Notes under the pieces: model-generated
Told to the model about the DNA's origin: nothing
Database searches by the model: none
The model's input: only the letters and a program-made list of their open reading frames with translations
Source of the DNA: an uncultured Candidatus Saccharibacteria bacterium
GTDB lineage: Bacteria > Patescibacteriota > Saccharimonadia > Saccharimonadales > 2-12-FULL-41-12
Length of the DNA: 64,000 nt
Assembly (NCBI GenBank): GCA_947085855.1
Contig: CAMTYB010000001.1
Coordinates: 213,788 to 277,787, forward strand
Direction: 5' to 3'
Position numbers and translations under genes: made by a program
In this document: positions 62,299-64,000 of the stretch, one piece after another
How the letters are laid out: every line of letters starts with the position of its first letter
How positions within the stretch are numbered: position 1 is the first letter of the stretch

Positions 62299-62306
62299 AC
62301 TGCGAT

Positions 62307-62702
62307 ATGAAACAAGGTATTCACCCGAAAAACTATCGTCCTGTAGTGTTCCAAGATCTTTCGAATGGCACTATGTTTTTGACGCAGTCAACTGCTACTA
62401 CCGATGAAACCATCAAGCACGAAGATGGCAACGAGTATCCATTGGTAAAAATCCACATCAGTAGCGCCTCACATCCCTTCTTTACCGGCCAAGAAAAGCT
62501 GGTTGACATCGAAGGTCGCGTTGACAAGTTTAAAGCTCGATCAGAAGCTGCCGCCAAGAAGCGCGAAGAAGCTGCTCAGCGACTTGCCGCCAAGAAGCAA
62601 AAGACATCTGCCAAGCCAGCAAAAGCTGCCGACTCAGAAGCCAAGGCCGACTCTAAGACCGAAGCCAAAGCTGAACCAGTCAAAGAAGCTCAAGAAGCCT
62701 AG
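62307..62702 (+). CDS. rpmE: 50S ribosomal protein L31 (type B, no CxxC) with Lys/Ala-rich C-terminal extension
   Basis: [10 protein letters not shown]...[20 protein letters not shown], followed by ~55 aa of K/A/E-rich tail. Confidence 0.85.
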   Translation: MKQGIHPKNYRPVVFQDLSNGTMFLTQSTATTDETIKHEDGNEYPLVKIHISSASHPFFTGQEKLVDIEGRVDKFKARSEAAAKKREEAAQRLAAKKQKTSAKPAKAADSEAKADSKTEAKAEPVKEAQEA

Positions 62703-62723
62703 TCTACCGGACAAACCAACACT

Positions 62724-62752
62724 ACGAGCCGAGTTATCTTGGCTCGTTTTTA
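62724..62752 (+). terminator. Intrinsic terminator after rpmE
   Basis: ACGAGCC, loop gagttatctt, GGCTCGT, followed by TTTTT. Confidence 0.75.
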
Positions 62753-62794
62753 ATGGCATTTCTTGTATGCCGATTTTTCGGAAAATAACAGTGG

Positions 62795-62803
62795 TGATAT
62801 ACT
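62795..62803 (+). promoter_or_regulatory. Extended -10 TGATATACT, 8 nt before the prfA ATG
   Basis: ggTGATATACTagtttgatATG. Confidence 0.45.
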
Positions 62804-62811
62804 AGTTTGAT

Positions 62812-63867
62812 ATGAATCCTAAAGAACAAGCCCTGCGCGAGGAGTTGACTGCGCTTCAAAAACAACTTGAAGACCCAGCTATTTACAGCGATAAACGTTA
62901 TCCAAAACTTGCTCGACGTCAAAATGAATTAGAAACTATCGTTGCTCTTTTTGACGAAAAGCAAAAGTTGCAGACCGAACAACAAGCCGCTGAGCAGCTT
63001 GGTAAAGACGCCGATGCCGACATGGCCGCTATGGCGCAGGAGGAACTGACTGCTATTGCCGGGCAGCTCGAATCTACGACTGCTAAGCTCGAGGAACTTT
63101 TGACGCCAAAAGACCCGAACGATGAGCGTAATGTCGTCATGGAAATCCGAGCGGCTGCTGGTGGCGATGAAGCAAGCTTATTTGCTGGCGAACTCTACCG
63201 TATGTATAGCCACTACGCCGAAGATAATGGTTTCAAAACTGTCCACGTTAGCGATAGTCCCAGCGAAGCTGGTGGCTTTAAAGAAGTTGTGTTCGAAATT
63301 AATGGTGACTTTGCTTACCGGCAACTGCGTCTAGAAGCCGGCGTTCATCGCGTTCAGCGGGTACCAGCTACTGAGTCTCAGGGTCGCGTCCATACCAGCA
63401 CCGTGACCGTAGCAGTCATGCCCGAAGCCGAAGAAGCTGACATTGAAATCGCGCCCAACGATTTGCGCGTAGACGTCTTCCGTGCTGGTGGCCACGGCGG
63501 CCAAAGCGTCAACACCACCGACTCAGCCGTCCGCATCACCCACATCCCGACTGGCACTGTTGTGACCAACCAAGATGAGAAGTCTCAGATCAAAAACAAA
63601 GAAAAAGCCATGAGCATCCTCCGCTCTCGCTTACTCCAATCAAAAATTGAAGCTGAGCAAGAAAAATTATCGCAAGCTCGTAAGAAACTAATCGGTTCTG
63701 GTGATCGTTCTGAGAAAATTCGCACCTACAACTTCCCGCAAGATCGCATCACCGACCACCGCATCGGCTACTCACGCAGTAACATCCCAGCCGCCCTAAA
63801 CGGCGACATTAACGACATTATAGAAAAACTCCATGACTACGAGCGCACGCTCCTCAGCGAAGAATAA
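62812..63867 (+). CDS. prfA: Peptide chain release factor 1
   Basis: PxT tripeptide (VPATESQGR) and GGQ ([19 protein letters not shown]). Confidence 0.95.
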   Translation: MNPKEQALREELTALQKQLEDPAIYSDKRYPKLARRQNELETIVALFDEKQKLQTEQQAAEQLGKDADADMAAMAQEELTAIAGQLESTTAKLEELLTPKDPNDERNVVMEIRAAAGGDEASLFAGELYRMYSHYAEDNGFKTVHVSDSPSEAGGFKEVVFEINGDFAYRQLRLEAGVHRVQRVPATESQGRVHTSTVTVAVMPEAEEADIEIAPNDLRVDVFRAGGHGGQSVNTTDSAVRITHIPTGTVVTNQDEKSQIKNKEKAMSILRSRLLQSKIEAEQEKLSQARKKLIGSGDRSEKIRTYNFPQDRITDHRIGYSRSNIPAALNGDINDIIEKLHDYERTLLSEE

Positions 63868-64000
63868 GATCACCATTGCCGAGTGGCTAATCGATAGTAT
63901 GGTGACCCTGCAGAAAGCCGGTATCGCCGAGCGTGGCCGTACCGACTGTATCGTTCTCTTATGCGACGCTTTAGGCAAAGATAAATCATGGGTTCACACT
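63833..64000 (+). CDS. prmC: Release-factor glutamine methyltransferase PrmC, N-terminal fragment (runs off right edge)
   Basis: The frame from ATG 63833 overlaps the prfA end by 35 nt. It reads ...[43 protein letters not shown], which is typical of a PrmC N-domain and of the position after prfA. Confidence 0.45.
   Translation, partial: MTTSARSSAKNKITIAEWLIDSMVTLQKAGIAERGRTDCIVLLCDALGKDKSWVHT

Noticed and set aside
1-64000. CRISPR arrays, transposases or integrases, prophage, rRNA or tRNA genes
   Set aside because: I looked for regularly spaced direct repeats, terminal inverted repeats, recombinase motifs, GGTTCGA-type T-loops and rRNA-like conserved blocks. None were found. The only repeats are the short families reported above.
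1-64000. Alternative genetic code (UGA recoding, as in some CPR lineages)
   Set aside because: ORFs for conserved proteins are full length under code 11. Both RF1 and RF2 are encoded, and UGA, UAA and UAG all terminate recognisable genes at expected lengths.

Overview
This 64 kb window is a very gene-dense chromosomal segment of about 47% GC (hand counts). It is almost entirely housekeeping genes, mostly on the reverse strand. I saw no rRNA, tRNA, CRISPR array, transposase or integrase. The gene content fits a reduced-genome, monoderm-type bacterium. My guess, as inference only, is a Patescibacteria/CPR member such as a Saccharibacteria-like organism.

Recognisable content:
- dprA and topA.
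- A minimal dcw cluster: mraZ-rsmH-ftsL-ftsI-mraY-ftsW-murG-ftsQ.
- Aminoacyl-tRNA synthetases: glyQS, serS, lysS, proS.
- Other housekeeping: recO, xseAB, rpmA, pyrG, secA, greA.
- A prfB-ftsE-ftsX block followed by a PcsB-like CHAP hydrolase and an S41 protease.
- rseP-frr, tsf-rpsB and rpmE-prfA-prmC.

Observations most worth a second look:
1. An SGNH hydrolase gene whose C-terminal ~1.2 kb is ~67% GC. It is fused in frame to a native-composition N-terminus, so it looks like a horizontally acquired module.
2. A divergent heliorhodopsin-like 7TM gene with an apparent counter-ion swap and a Lys/Thr-rich tail.
3. A ~355 nt reverse-strand unit bounded by a promoter and a terminator. It has no credible ORF and folds into a three-way junction plus a pseudoknot-capable terminator.
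4. A histidine-kinase-like / receiver pair in which both phospho-acceptor residues are substituted.
5. A 720 bp ORF-free region containing three DnaA-box-like 9-mers phased at exactly 21 bp, and a dif-like site.
6. A recurrent (TGn)TAnAAT-N6-9-ATG arrangement that implies leaderless mRNAs for many genes.
7. Several small repeat families.

All calls rest on reading the translations and the sequence by eye. No database search was possible.
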